Assembly (NCBI GenBank): GCA_963762015.1
Contig: CAVXJL010000013.1
Location: 27,709-91,708 of the forward strand
Direction of reading: 5' to 3'
DNA length: 64,000 nucleotides
Source: an uncultured Actinomycetota bacterium
GTDB lineage: Bacteria; Actinomycetota; UBA4738; HRBIN12
A program made the position numbers and the translations under genes. The number at the start of each line of letters is the position of its first letter. The stretch's first letter is position 1. Positions 1-9,820 of this stretch are shown here, one piece after another. The notes beneath the pieces are model-generated. The model did not search any database, was not told the origin of the DNA, and saw only the letters and a program-made list of their open reading frames with translations.

Positions 1-2309
1 CCTCGACTCTCACGGGGCTGCTGTCGGTCGTGATGGACGAGGTCCACTACCTGCAGGACCCGTACCGAGGCGCCGTTTGGGAAGAGGTTCTGATCCACCT
101 GCCGCCGTCCGTGAGCGTGGTGGCCCTCTCGGCCACGATCTCCAACGCCGAAGAGTTCGGTGACTGGATCACCACCCTCCGCGGTGACACGCGGGTCGTG
201 ATCGAGGAGCGCCGTCCGGTGCCGCTGGAGCACCATTACCTGGTCGGCCCCCGCTTGCATCCGATGCACGTGGAACAGGACGGCATCCTCCTGCCGAACC
301 CGTACGTGGTCTCGCTGGATCAACACGAGCTGAAGACCAAGACGTACTACCGGCGGGGCTCGGGCCTCCCGCAGCATCAACGGATCTCCCGGCCGCGCGA
401 AGGCCACCGCCGCGTGTACGTCCCCCGGCGTGAAGAGGTCGTCGACGTCCTCGAGAAGGAAGGGATGCTCCCCGCGATCTACTTCGTCTTCAGCCGGTCG
501 GGCTGCGACAAGAGCGTGCGGTGGATGCGAGACGCGAATGTGCGCCTCACGACGAGGGAGGAGGCGGCCATCATCCGGGACAAGGCCGAGACCCGCGCCG
601 CCTGGGTCGACGAGGACGACCTCACGAGCCTCGGCTTCTCCGACTTCCTCGAGTCCCTCACCACGGGCGTCGCCGCCCACCACGCCGGGATGCTCCCGAT
701 GTTCAAAGAGACCGTGGAGGAGCTCTTCCAGGAAGGGCTCGTGAAGGTCGTGTTCGCGACCGAGACGCTCTCGCTCGGGATCAACATGCCGGCCAAGAGC
801 GTGGTCATCGAAGACCTCTGGAAGTTCCAGGGTGAGCGGCACGAGCTGGTCACCCCGGGCGAGTACACCCAGCTCACCGGCCGGGCGGGCCGGCGAGGGA
901 TCGACGCGCTCGGCCACGCCGTCGTGATCTATCAGAAGCAGGTGCCGTTCGAGCGCGTGGCCGGCCTCGCCGCGACCCGCACGTACGACCTCGCCTCCTC
1001 GTTCCGCCCCTCGTACAACATGGCGGTCAACCTGGTGCGCAACTACACACCCGAGCAGGCGCACCACCTCCTGAACTCGTCGTTCGCCCAGTTCCTCGCC
1101 GACCGAGGCGTCGTCGCCCTCGAGCGCTCCCGCCAGCAGGATCTCGCGACCCTGGAGGGCTATCGCAAGAACATGGTGTGCCACCTCGGAGACTTCGAGG
1201 AGTACTGGGGGTACCTCGAGAAGGCGCGGCAGCTCCGGGAGGAAGACCGGCGGACCCGCGACCGGGGACGCCGCGACGAGGTACGCGAGAGCGTGGCTCG
1301 ATTGCGCCCCGGCGACGTCGTGTGGGTCCCGCGCGCGCGACGCCGCGGGGTGGCGGTGGTCGTGTCGTCGCGCGACGGCAAGCCCACGGTGCTCGCGCAG
1401 GATCGCCAGTTCTTCCGGCTGAACGACCGCGACTTCGAGGATCCGCCGCAGGTCCTGACGAGGATCCCGCTGCCGAAGTCCGGGAGCGTTCGCAACCCGA
1501 GGTTCCGGCGGGACGTGGCGGCCAGGCTCGTGGCGCTCGACGTGAAGGCGGGGGGAGGGCGGCGACGGGGGCGAACCGACCCCAAGGTCGAGCGCGAAGC
1601 CGCTCGTCTCGAGGAGCTCGCCGCGGCACATCCGTGCCGTCGGTGCCCGGAGCGAGCGAAGCACGAACGGTGGGCGATGCGTGTGAGCGAGCTCCAGCGA
1701 CGGCTGGGCGGCGTGGAGCGACGGATCCGGGTCCGCACCGAGACCCTCGCCAGGCAGTTCGATCGGGTCCTCTCGGTGCTCCGCGCGCTGGGCTACGTGG
1801 AGGCGTGGTCCCTCACCACCAAGGGCAGAACGTTGACACGCATCTACGGCGAGGGGGACCTGCTGGTGGGGGAGGCCCTGGACTCCGGCCTCCTCGACGA
1901 CCTCCGGCCCTCCGAGGTGGTCGCGCTCCTTTCGGCGGTGATCTACGAGGGACGAGAACGGGTCCCGCTCTCGGGCGAGATGCCCACGGCGGAGACCAAG
2001 GAGCGGTATGAGCGCCTCCAGCGCCTCTGGAGGAAGGTTCGGCGGACCGAAGACGAGCATCAGGTGCAGCTCTGCCGCGAGCTGGAGGCGGGCTTCGCGA
2101 CGCCGATCTATCACTGGGCCGAGGGGGACGCGCTCGACGACATCCTCGTCGAGACCGAGATGGCGCCCGGGGACTTCATCCGGAACTGCAAGCAGCTCGT
2201 GGATCTGCTGCGGCAGATCGAGGAGGTCGCGGCCCCCGACGCGGCCGCGCGGGTCCGCGCGGGACGCGGAGCGATCCTGCGCGGCGTCGTCGCCTACACG
2301 GGGGTGTAG
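1..2309 (+). CDS. helY: ATP-dependent helicase, Ski2/HelY-like (DEVH box); 5' end cut by window edge
   Basis: Frame continues upstream of position 30 as LTGLLSVVMDEVHYL (DEVH motif). Helicase C-terminal and Ski2-type arch/C-terminal regions follow; 759+ aa. Confidence 0.85.
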   Translation, partial: STLTGLLSVVMDEVHYLQDPYRGAVWEEVLIHLPPSVSVVALSATISNAEEFGDWITTLRGDTRVVIEERRPVPLEHHYLVGPRLHPMHVEQDGILLPNPYVVSLDQHELKTKTYYRRGSGLPQHQRISRPREGHRRVYVPRREEVVDVLEKEGMLPAIYFVFSRSGCDKSVRWMRDANVRLTTREEAAIIRDKAETRAAWVDEDDLTSLGFSDFLESLTTGVAAHHAGMLPMFKETVEELFQEGLVKVVFATETLSLGINMPAKSVVIEDLWKFQGERHELVTPGEYTQLTGRAGRRGIDALGHAVVIYQKQVPFERVAGLAATRTYDLASSFRPSYNMAVNLVRNYTPEQAHHLLNSSFAQFLADRGVVALERSRQQDLATLEGYRKNMVCHLGDFEEYWGYLEKARQLREEDRRTRDRGRRDEVRESVARLRPGDVVWVPRARRRGVAVVVSSRDGKPTVLAQDRQFFRLNDRDFEDPPQVLTRIPLPKSGSVRNPRFRRDVAARLVALDVKAGGGRRRGRTDPKVEREAARLEELAAAHPCRRCPERAKHERWAMRVSELQRRLGGVERRIRVRTETLARQFDRVLSVLRALGYVEAWSLTTKGRTLTRIYGEGDLLVGEALDSGLLDDLRPSEVVALLSAVIYEGRERVPLSGEMPTAETKERYERLQRLWRKVRRTEDEHQVQLCRELEAGFATPIYHWAEGDALDDILVETEMAPGDFIRNCKQLVDLLRQIEEVAAPDAAARVRAGRGAILRGVVAYTGV

Positions 2310-2314
2310 CTACG

Positions 2315-3241
2315 ATGCCGAACATGGCCAGCCCGTTCGGCACCATCGCCGTGATCGCCGATCCACGGGCGGGGATCCTCGACCAGCTTCCGGTCCTCGA
2401 GCGCGCGCTCGACGAGCGCGGGCTCGACCACCGGACCCTCGTGGCGAACGGGTCGGATCCGTCGGCGCTCGCGACCGGCGCGCTCGACGAAGGATTCCGG
2501 TTCCTCGTCGCGGTCGGGAACGACGAGACGGTGCAGGACGTGGTGAACGGGATGTTCCGGGAGGGCCGACCGATCCTCGAGGATCCGGTCCTCGGCGTGA
2601 TCGGCGCCGGGAGCGGATGCGACCTCGTGCGCAGCTTCGGCGTGCCGGGCGACACGGAGTCGGCCGCAGCGCATCTGGTCGGCGACAACACCTACGCCTT
2701 GGACCTGATGAAGATCACGTCGACCGGGCTCAACGGCGAGCGTCGCACGCGATACGGACACAACCTGGCGCAGGTGGGGATGGGCGCGCAGCAGGTCGCG
2801 TGCGCCGCGAAGGCTCCGGCGTGGCTCGGTGGCTCCCGCCGCTTCTACGGCTTCTGGTGCGGGTACCTGAAGACGAAGGCGTCGAGGTTCACGATCGAGC
2901 ACGACACGCGCACCTGGCAGGGCCGGGCGTGGAACGTCGTGGTGGCGAACGCCCAGTTCTCCGGAGGCGGACTCCGGCTGTCGCCGCGGTCGTTCCCCGG
3001 TGACGGCGTGCTGGACGCCCTCGTGTTCACCGGGCCGCGGTCCGGCGCCTACACGCAGCTCCCGCGTCTGTTCCGTCACGGCGATCACGTCCCGGACCCC
3101 CATATCGAAGAGCTGAAGGCGAAGATCCGTTTCGAAGTCCGGTCGGAGCGGCCGATGCCGGTCCTCGCGGACGGCGTCACGCTCGGGACGACCCCCGCCA
3201 CGTTCCAGATCGTGCCCCGGCCGATACTCTTCAAGCTGTGA
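2315..3241 (+). CDS. diacylglycerol-kinase catalytic-domain lipid kinase (YegS/DagK family)
   Basis: N-terminal DAGK_cat fold with the GGDGT-like loop (VAVGNDETV) and GSGCDLVRSFG motif; 308 aa. Confidence 0.75.
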   Translation: MPNMASPFGTIAVIADPRAGILDQLPVLERALDERGLDHRTLVANGSDPSALATGALDEGFRFLVAVGNDETVQDVVNGMFREGRPILEDPVLGVIGAGSGCDLVRSFGVPGDTESAAAHLVGDNTYALDLMKITSTGLNGERRTRYGHNLAQVGMGAQQVACAAKAPAWLGGSRRFYGFWCGYLKTKASRFTIEHDTRTWQGRAWNVVVANAQFSGGGLRLSPRSFPGDGVLDALVFTGPRSGAYTQLPRLFRHGDHVPDPHIEELKAKIRFEVRSERPMPVLADGVTLGTTPATFQIVPRPILFKL

Positions 3242-4335
3242 AGCGGGTCCACCTCGATCGGCTCGCGCGAGCGGCCGAGGAGACCGCGAGCCGGGGGCTC
3301 GACGCGCTCGTCGTGTCGCCCTCGCGCGACCTCGCGTACCTGACCGGCTACGACCCGATGCCGCTCCCACGTCCGACCCTTCTCGTGGTCCGCCCGAACC
3401 GCGACCCCGTCATGCTGGTCCCCGAGCTCGAGCGGGCCCTCGCGGCAGCCTCCCCTGTGGCGGAGCACCTCGAGCTGGTGACTTGGCGAGACGGGTCCGA
3501 CCCGTACGGGGTTGCCGCGAGCCTGCTCAGCGGCGCCGAGCGGATCGCCGTCGCGGATCGTCTGTGGGCGACCCATCTCCTCGGCCTCCAGCGCGAGCTG
3601 CCCGGCGCCGCGTTCTCGCCGGCCTCCCCGGTGATGGTCCGCCTCCGCGCGGTGAAGGACGAGCACGAGCTCGGGGCACTCCGGCGCGCCGGACGTGCCG
3701 CCGACGAGACCTTCCGCCAGATCGTCTCGATGTCGTTCCAGGGCCGCAGCGAGGAGGACGTCGCTCACGACCTCGCGGAGCTGCTCGTCCGGAACGGACA
3801 CGATCGCGCCGACTTCACGATCGTGGCGAGCGGGCCCAACGGAGCCTCCCCACATCACGAACCTGGGGGCCGGACGATCCTGCCTCGCGACGCGGTCGTG
3901 ATGGACTTCGGTGGCGAGGTGGGGGGCTACTTCAGCGACACGACAAGAACCGTGGTGGTCACCGAGCCACCCGAGGGCTTCGAGCACGCCTACGCGGCCG
4001 TCCAGGAGGCGCAGGCGGCCGCCGTCGACGCCGTGCAACCCGGACTCGAGGCCCAGGAGGTCGATCGAGCCGCTCGGTCGATCATCGACGCCGCCGGGTA
4101 CGGCGAGCGATTCATCCATCGGACGGGCCACGGCATCGGCCTCGACCTGCACGAACCCCCGTACATGGTGGAGGGCGACCGGACGGTCCTGGAGCACGGG
4201 ATGACATTCTCCGTGGAGCCGGGCGTCTATCTCGAAGGGCGCTTCGGCATCCGGATCGAGGACATCGTCGCGGTGACCGCGGACGGGGTCGAGCGGCTCA
4301 ACCGGAGCACGCGCGAGCTCCAGATCGTGTCTTGA
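3238..4335 (+). CDS. M24 family Xaa-Pro aminopeptidase/dipeptidase
   Basis: Creatinase-like N-domain plus pita-bread catalytic domain; metal ligands in HRTGHGIGLDLHEPP and ...SVEPGVY...IRIEDIV; 4-nt overlap with the upstream gene. Confidence 0.8.
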   Translation: MKRVHLDRLARAAEETASRGLDALVVSPSRDLAYLTGYDPMPLPRPTLLVVRPNRDPVMLVPELERALAAASPVAEHLELVTWRDGSDPYGVAASLLSGAERIAVADRLWATHLLGLQRELPGAAFSPASPVMVRLRAVKDEHELGALRRAGRAADETFRQIVSMSFQGRSEEDVAHDLAELLVRNGHDRADFTIVASGPNGASPHHEPGGRTILPRDAVVMDFGGEVGGYFSDTTRTVVVTEPPEGFEHAYAAVQEAQAAAVDAVQPGLEAQEVDRAARSIIDAAGYGERFIHRTGHGIGLDLHEPPYMVEGDRTVLEHGMTFSVEPGVYLEGRFGIRIEDIVAVTADGVERLNRSTRELQIVS

Positions 4336-4423
4336 CCACCCAGACCGACCTCAGGTGATCCTGGCGGCCGAGTGGTGCGAACCGAAGGGGTGAGGGGTAC
4401 ATGATGCCGATGGGGGTTTCGCC

Positions 4424-5314
4424 GTGACGAGGGACGAGATCATGAAGATGGACACGTCGGAATTCGACCTGGACAAGTACCTCCGAGCGTCCACGCGCGT
4501 CGACCTGTCCGCGGTCGACTGGGGCCGGATCGGGCAGCATCCGGTCTCGGCCGACGAGGCTCGGTGCCTCGCATACATGATGGACATCGAGACCCACACC
4601 GTCGTGTTCCTCCGTGATCTCCTCGCGACCCGTGCCTCGTTCGACCCCGAGGTCACTTCGTTCCTCTCCTGCTGGGGCTACGAGGAGCTTTGGCACGGGG
4701 AGGCATTCAGCCGATTCCTCGGGGAGGCCGGCTACCGTCTCCATCCCTCCTACGAAGACGTCGCGGGAGACGACCCGTTCCCCACTCGCTTCGACCGCAA
4801 CCAGTGGATCAGACGCAAGTTCGGGACGAAGGGCTACGTCTCGCACATGGGGACGCTGCTCGGGTCGGCGCTGTTCCGCGACTTCGTCGCGGTGCACATG
4901 ACGTGGGGAGCGGTGAACGAGCTGGGGACGCTGACGGGCTATCACCGCATCATCGCGAAGACCGAGCATCCCGTCCTGATCCAGCTCCTCCAGGCGATCA
5001 TCAAGGACGAGCGGCGGCACTTCGCGTTCTACCGGGCCCAGGCGAAGATGCGCCTCGCCCGGTCGAAGCAGGCCCGGACGATCACACGGTGGGCGCTCGA
5101 GCATCTCTGGGCCCCCGTCGGCACGGGCGTCAGGCCTCAGCACGAGACCGACTTCGTGATCCATTCCCTGTTCGGCGACGCCGACGGCCTGGTCGCGGTC
5201 AAGGAGATGGAGCACACGCTCGGTGACCTGCCGGGGCTGCAGGGGAGCAGCTTCCTCTCCGATGCGCTCCAGGCGGCCGCCCGGCGTCTGGGCAGGCCTC
5301 TCGGCGTCGGCTGA
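4424..5314 (+). CDS. ferritin-like diiron-carboxylate protein (acyl-ACP-desaturase-like)
   Basis: Two (D/E)ExxH motifs (YEELWHGE, DERRHFAF) spaced as in diiron four-helix-bundle oxidases/desaturases; 296 aa. Confidence 0.5.
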   Translation: MTRDEIMKMDTSEFDLDKYLRASTRVDLSAVDWGRIGQHPVSADEARCLAYMMDIETHTVVFLRDLLATRASFDPEVTSFLSCWGYEELWHGEAFSRFLGEAGYRLHPSYEDVAGDDPFPTRFDRNQWIRRKFGTKGYVSHMGTLLGSALFRDFVAVHMTWGAVNELGTLTGYHRIIAKTEHPVLIQLLQAIIKDERRHFAFYRAQAKMRLARSKQARTITRWALEHLWAPVGTGVRPQHETDFVIHSLFGDADGLVAVKEMEHTLGDLPGLQGSSFLSDALQAAARRLGRPLGVG

Positions 5315-5320
5315 GCCCAG

Positions 5321-6712
5321 TTAGTCCCGCGGACGAACCCTCGTGCCCTCCGCGGTGTCCATGACCTCGAGGTCCATCGCCTGGAGCTCGTCGCGGAGCT
5401 CGTCCGAGCGCGCGTAGTCCTTCGTCTCCCGCGCCGCATCGCGTTCCGCGACGAGTCTGCGCATCTCCTCGGTCGGCTCCCAGCCGGCCCGCGCCTCCCG
5501 CTCGAGGTCCAGACCGAGGACGTGGTCCCAGGAGGCGAGCAACGCCCGTTTCTCGCCGGGCGGCACCTCGCTCGAGTGATCGAGATCGTTGACCGCTCGG
5601 ACCGCGGACGGCATGTCCAGATCGTTCGCGAGGGCCTCCCGGAAGCGAGCGTCGAAGTCCTTCGCGGCGGCGCTCTGCGGATCGGATGGCTCACCCCACT
5701 CGGCGACGTGACGCCGCAGCTGCTTCATGCGCTGGTCGGCGGTCTCCATCACCTCCCAGGTGAAATCCATCTCCGACCGATAGCGGGTCTGGAAGGTGAG
5801 CCACCGGAAGGCGAGCGGGTCGAGGCCGCGCTCGACCAGCTCCGCCGCGCGGATCACGTTGCCGGTCGACTTCGCGATCTTCTGGCCGGTGAGCCGCAGG
5901 AAACCGCCGTGTACCCAGGTGGAGACCACCTCGTGACCGACCGCGCCCTCGGACTGTGCGATCTCGTCCTCGTGGTGAGGGAACTTGAGGTCGTTGCCGC
6001 CGGTGTGGATGTCGAACCGATCGCCCAGGTACTTCATCGACATCGCGGAGCATTCGATGTGCCACCCGGGGAAGCCCTCACCCCACGGGCTGGGCCACTT
6101 CATCAGTCGCCCGGGTCCCGCCGACTTCCAGAGCGCGAAGTCGGCGGGATGTCGCTTCGCCGGATCCGTCTCCAGGTCGCGGTGCCCTGCCTTCAACTTG
6201 TCCAACGTGTTGCCGGAGAGCTTCCCGTAGCCGGAGAAGCTGGTGACGTCGTAATAGACGGAGCCCGTCTCGACGACGTAGGCGTGCTCTCGCTCGATCA
6301 GCGTGGCCGTGAGGTCGATCATCTCGGGGATGTGGTCGGTGGCCTTCGGCATGATGTCCGGGAGACGGATCCCGACGGCAGCCATGTCGTCGAGCGCCTC
6401 GCGCGTGTACTTCTCGGCGATCTCGAGCGGCTGCAGCCCTTCGTCCTCGACGGCCAACAGCATCTTGTCCACCGCCTCGGGGGAGGACTCGTCCGTCATG
6501 TGTCCGACGTCGGTGATGTTCTGGACCTCGGTGACTTCGTACCCCTCGAACTCGAGCGTTCGCCGGATGAGGTCGGTCAGCATGAACGTGCGGAGGTTCC
6601 CGAGGTGGACGTACCGGTACACGGTGGGACCGCAGGCGTAGATCTTCACCCGGCCGGGTTCGACCGGCACGACCTCCTCGACCTGACGCGAAAGCGTGTT
6701 GTAGAGGCGCAC
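5321..6712 (-). CDS. cysS: cysteine--tRNA ligase (class I aaRS)
   Basis: Class I aaRS with HIGH-like motif (KIYACGPTVYRYVHLGNLRTF) and KMSKS-like motif (KIAKSTGNV). Its 463 aa fits CysS rather than the ~410-aa MshC paralog. Confidence 0.75.
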   Translation of the reverse strand: MRLYNTLSRQVEEVVPVEPGRVKIYACGPTVYRYVHLGNLRTFMLTDLIRRTLEFEGYEVTEVQNITDVGHMTDESSPEAVDKMLLAVEDEGLQPLEIAEKYTREALDDMAAVGIRLPDIMPKATDHIPEMIDLTATLIEREHAYVVETGSVYYDVTSFSGYGKLSGNTLDKLKAGHRDLETDPAKRHPADFALWKSAGPGRLMKWPSPWGEGFPGWHIECSAMSMKYLGDRFDIHTGGNDLKFPHHEDEIAQSEGAVGHEVVSTWVHGGFLRLTGQKIAKSTGNVIRAAELVERGLDPLAFRWLTFQTRYRSEMDFTWEVMETADQRMKQLRRHVAEWGEPSDPQSAAAKDFDARFREALANDLDMPSAVRAVNDLDHSSEVPPGEKRALLASWDHVLGLDLEREARAGWEPTEEMRRLVAERDAARETKDYARSDELRDELQAMDLEVMDTAEGTRVRPRD

Positions 6713-6753
6713 GCGCCAATCCTAGCGGCGGCGGCCGTGCGAACCGGCGCGCA

Positions 6754-9168
6754 TCACTCTTCGCTGGGTTCCGAACCGCCGATGCGTTGCCGCTGCTCGC
6801 TCCTGCCGTTGCCCGAGCCGGACCGGACCGCGACGAGCGCCCCGACGGGCGGCGGTGGCACCGGGATCGGGATCGTGCCCTCGACACCGCCGTGTTGGAG
6901 GTGCGCGGCCGCACACGCGGCGTGATAGGTCTCGAGCTCCTCCAGGAACCGCGAGTCGTGGTAGCGCCGCCCGTCGATGTTCGGGCCCTCGCGGTCCTCG
7001 ATGATGGCTTCGACGTCGTCTCCGGTGATCGTCTTGTACGTCTCCAGGGCGTGCGCGACGGTGAGGACGTCGTCGCGGTGTTCCTCGAGAAGAGCCATCG
7101 TCCTGTCGTAGAGCTCCCGCAGTTTGGCCTCGACCGACTTGCCGAACTCCGTGTCGAACAGCGAGCGGTCGGCACCGGTCTCCGCGGGCTGCACCGGTCC
7201 TCGGAGACCGGCCAGCGTCACCGACCGGGAGGCGATGGTCTCTCCCATCGCGAAGTACGCGAGCATCTGCGTCGTGAGCGCGGTGGCTCCGCGCATGTCC
7301 CCGCCCACACCGGTGGAGTGGTCGCCGTCGAAGAAGAGCCGCTCGCCGGCCAGCGACGCGAGGAACGTGATCACGTCGATCTCGCGCTCTGAGCGCCATT
7401 GGACGAACTGATCCTCCGGCGGGATCGAGGATACGAATCCACCGACGTCACCCCGGCGCTCGATCGTGGCGAGGTCGATCGTCATGTGCTTGCGGAGGTG
7501 ATAGGCGGCGACCGCGTGGCACGCCTCGTGCACGGCAACCGCGTGGCGCTCCCGCTCGATGTACTCGTGGTCGTCGGGGAGCCCGTGCTGCTTCACGTGC
7601 TTGGCCTTGACGACGTCCGTCCAGCCGACCTGATCGCGGCCGTCGCGGATGGCGATCACGAGGGACTCGTTCACGATGTCCTTCATGTCGGCCCCGCCCG
7701 CGTACGGCGTGATCGTGGCGAGCTTCGTGATCTCCTCATCGCTGAGTCCGTGGTTCACCTTGTCGAAGTAGTAGCGGTACGTGGCGACGCGGCCTTCCAG
7801 CTGGGGGTATCCGACCTTGAACTTCCGGTCGATCCGTCCGGGGCGGAGCATCGCCTCGTCGAGCACGTGGGGCTGGTTCGTCGCGAAGATGTGGAGGATC
7901 CGGTATCTCGGCGGGGGCTTCGGCTTCATGCCCAGGAGCCGCCGGAGACGGTTCGTCAGGCCTCGCGGCTTCTTCAAGCCGTCCATCTCGGACAGGAGCG
8001 CCTGCAGCGTCCCCATGCCGCCCCCGCCCATCCCTCCCATGAGGATGCGCTCGGTCTGACCGCCGCCGAAGGGCGGCGACAGCTCGAAGACCGTGTTTCG
8101 CCCCCCGTCGGAGACGTAGCCCATCCCGTTGCAGGTCAACTCGTTGGTCCACGGCGTGACCGCGGGGTTCATCGCCCAGCCGCCCTGAGGACCCACGTTG
8201 CCGCGGTTGCCGAGGGAGTCTGCTTCGTCGATGAACACGATCACGCCCCCGTAGCGCGTCGCGAGCTTGCGGAGCTTCCGATAGAGGGACTTGACCTTCA
8301 GGATGCCGACGCCCATGAACATGTTGATGAAGGCACCGGGCTCGACGAAGACGAAGGGTTTCGCGGTCTCGCCCGCGACCGCCTGGGCCATCAGGGTCTT
8401 CCCGGTACCTGGAGGGCCCCAGAGCAGCAGGCCGCCGGGGACGTAGCCCCCGCGCTTCTCGATCGCCTCCGGGTCCTCCAGGAAGATGATGTTCTCCTTC
8501 ACGCGTTCGAGGACGGCGTCCTGCCCCTTCACGTCGGAGAAGCGCGTGTCGATGTCGTCGGGCATGTAGACCTCGGTGCCGCCCCTCGACATGAACCAGA
8601 AGATCCCGCCGATCTGCAGGATCCCGAACGACATGATGAAGAGGAAGTAGACGATCTGACCGAAGGTCTGCTTGATGATGCCGGGGAGCCGGAACCACGC
8701 CTCCAGGGCATTGACCTGATCTCCCGGCGTGCTGATGAACGCGGCGATGATCGCGCCGAGGATCCAGCCGAACACGAGGAGTCGGGCGAGCCGCCCCAGC
8801 CGGAACCGAACGAACGGATTGATCCTGCCGAGCGCTTCTTCCTCTCGGTCGAGCAGCTTCCGCCAGAAGCGGTAGTAGCCCTTCGACTGTTCCTGGAGGT
8901 AGTAGTGGAGCTGGCGAAGCACCTCGATCGCTGCGAGGGCGAGGAGCCACCAACGCTTGCTCACCTGATCCTGAAGCGCACTCCGGAACGACATGTCGCT
9001 CGCCGAGACGTCGGCGAGGACGAGCACGAGGAACGCGCCGAGGAGGAAGACGAGCAGACGGATCCGGTCCCAGAAGTGCGCGGGCGTCCGATACTCGCGC
9101 TCGGACTCTTTCGGTCGGCTCGTGAACTCGAAGCGATGTTTCGGCTGGGTGTCCAGATCGTTCGGCAT
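6754..9168 (-). CDS. FtsH-like membrane-bound AAA+ zinc metalloprotease paralog (M41) with atypical insertions
   Basis: About 4 TM helices at the N-terminus. Walker A GPPGTGKT, Walker B VIVFIDEADSLG, arginine-finger region ATNQPHVLDEAMLRPGRIDRKF, zinc site HEACHAV and M41 C-terminal homology. Extra Gly-rich ~60-aa insertion after Walker B. Confidence 0.8.
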   Translation of the reverse strand: MPNDLDTQPKHRFEFTSRPKESEREYRTPAHFWDRIRLLVFLLGAFLVLVLADVSASDMSFRSALQDQVSKRWWLLALAAIEVLRQLHYYLQEQSKGYYRFWRKLLDREEEALGRINPFVRFRLGRLARLLVFGWILGAIIAAFISTPGDQVNALEAWFRLPGIIKQTFGQIVYFLFIMSFGILQIGGIFWFMSRGGTEVYMPDDIDTRFSDVKGQDAVLERVKENIIFLEDPEAIEKRGGYVPGGLLLWGPPGTGKTLMAQAVAGETAKPFVFVEPGAFINMFMGVGILKVKSLYRKLRKLATRYGGVIVFIDEADSLGNRGNVGPQGGWAMNPAVTPWTNELTCNGMGYVSDGGRNTVFELSPPFGGGQTERILMGGMGGGGMGTLQALLSEMDGLKKPRGLTNRLRRLLGMKPKPPPRYRILHIFATNQPHVLDEAMLRPGRIDRKFKVGYPQLEGRVATYRYYFDKVNHGLSDEEITKLATITPYAGGADMKDIVNESLVIAIRDGRDQVGWTDVVKAKHVKQHGLPDDHEYIERERHAVAVHEACHAVAAYHLRKHMTIDLATIERRGDVGGFVSSIPPEDQFVQWRSEREIDVITFLASLAGERLFFDGDHSTGVGGDMRGATALTTQMLAYFAMGETIASRSVTLAGLRGPVQPAETGADRSLFDTEFGKSVEAKLRELYDRTMALLEEHRDDVLTVAHALETYKTITGDDVEAIIEDREGPNIDGRRYHDSRFLEELETYHAACAAAHLQHGGVEGTIPIPVPPPPVGALVAVRSGSGNGRSEQRQRIGGSEPSEE

Positions 9169-9248
9169 GGGGACCTCTCATCCGTTCATCGGGAGACCGG
9201 TGTATCGGACCATTATGAGACTTCGAACGGGGAAGATGGGACCCTCGA

Positions 9249-9710
9249 TCAGGTCGGCAGCGGGCGGTCCTCGAAGGGGGTCGACAGGGCGATCGTCGTG
9301 TTCGTGGTGACCCCCGCCTTCTCGCGAAGTCGCCGGATCAGGTCTTCGAGGTCGCCGGTGGTCCTCGTCCGAACCTTGAGCACGTAGTTCGCCTCACCCG
9401 CGACCGAGTAGCAGTCCTCGACCTCCGGGAGCTCACGCACGCGGGCCGGCAGGTCGTCCGGCTGATGAGGGTCCAGCGGGGTGACCGCGATCAGTGCGGT
9501 CACGAAGAGGCCGATCGCCTCCGCGTCCAGGACCGCGCGGTAGCCGCGGATGACCCCTTGTTGCTCGAGCTTCCGGACGCGATCGTGCACCGCGGAAGCA
9601 GACAGTCCCACCTTGGAACCCACGTCCGCGTACGTGGCCCGCGCGTCGTCCTGCAGCGCGGTGAGGATCGCGAGATCGCGCGCATCCAACACTCGAGCAT
9701 GCTCCCACAC
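9249..9710 (-). CDS. Lrp/AsnC family transcriptional regulator
   Basis: N-terminal HTH (LDARDLAILTALQDDARATYADVGSKVGLSASAVHDRVRKLE) plus RAM domain; 153 aa. Confidence 0.85.
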   Translation of the reverse strand: MWEHARVLDARDLAILTALQDDARATYADVGSKVGLSASAVHDRVRKLEQQGVIRGYRAVLDAEAIGLFVTALIAVTPLDPHQPDDLPARVRELPEVEDCYSVAGEANYVLKVRTRTTGDLEDLIRRLREKAGVTTNTTIALSTPFEDRPLPT

Positions 9711-9820
9711 GGTGCGGGGGAGGGAGATATCCCCGGGACGGCCGATTGCTCGGAACGACCGGGTGACGGTACGGTCGCCGTCTCCTCCTCCCGGTTCCCC
9801 CGTGAGGAGATCTCGTCCGT

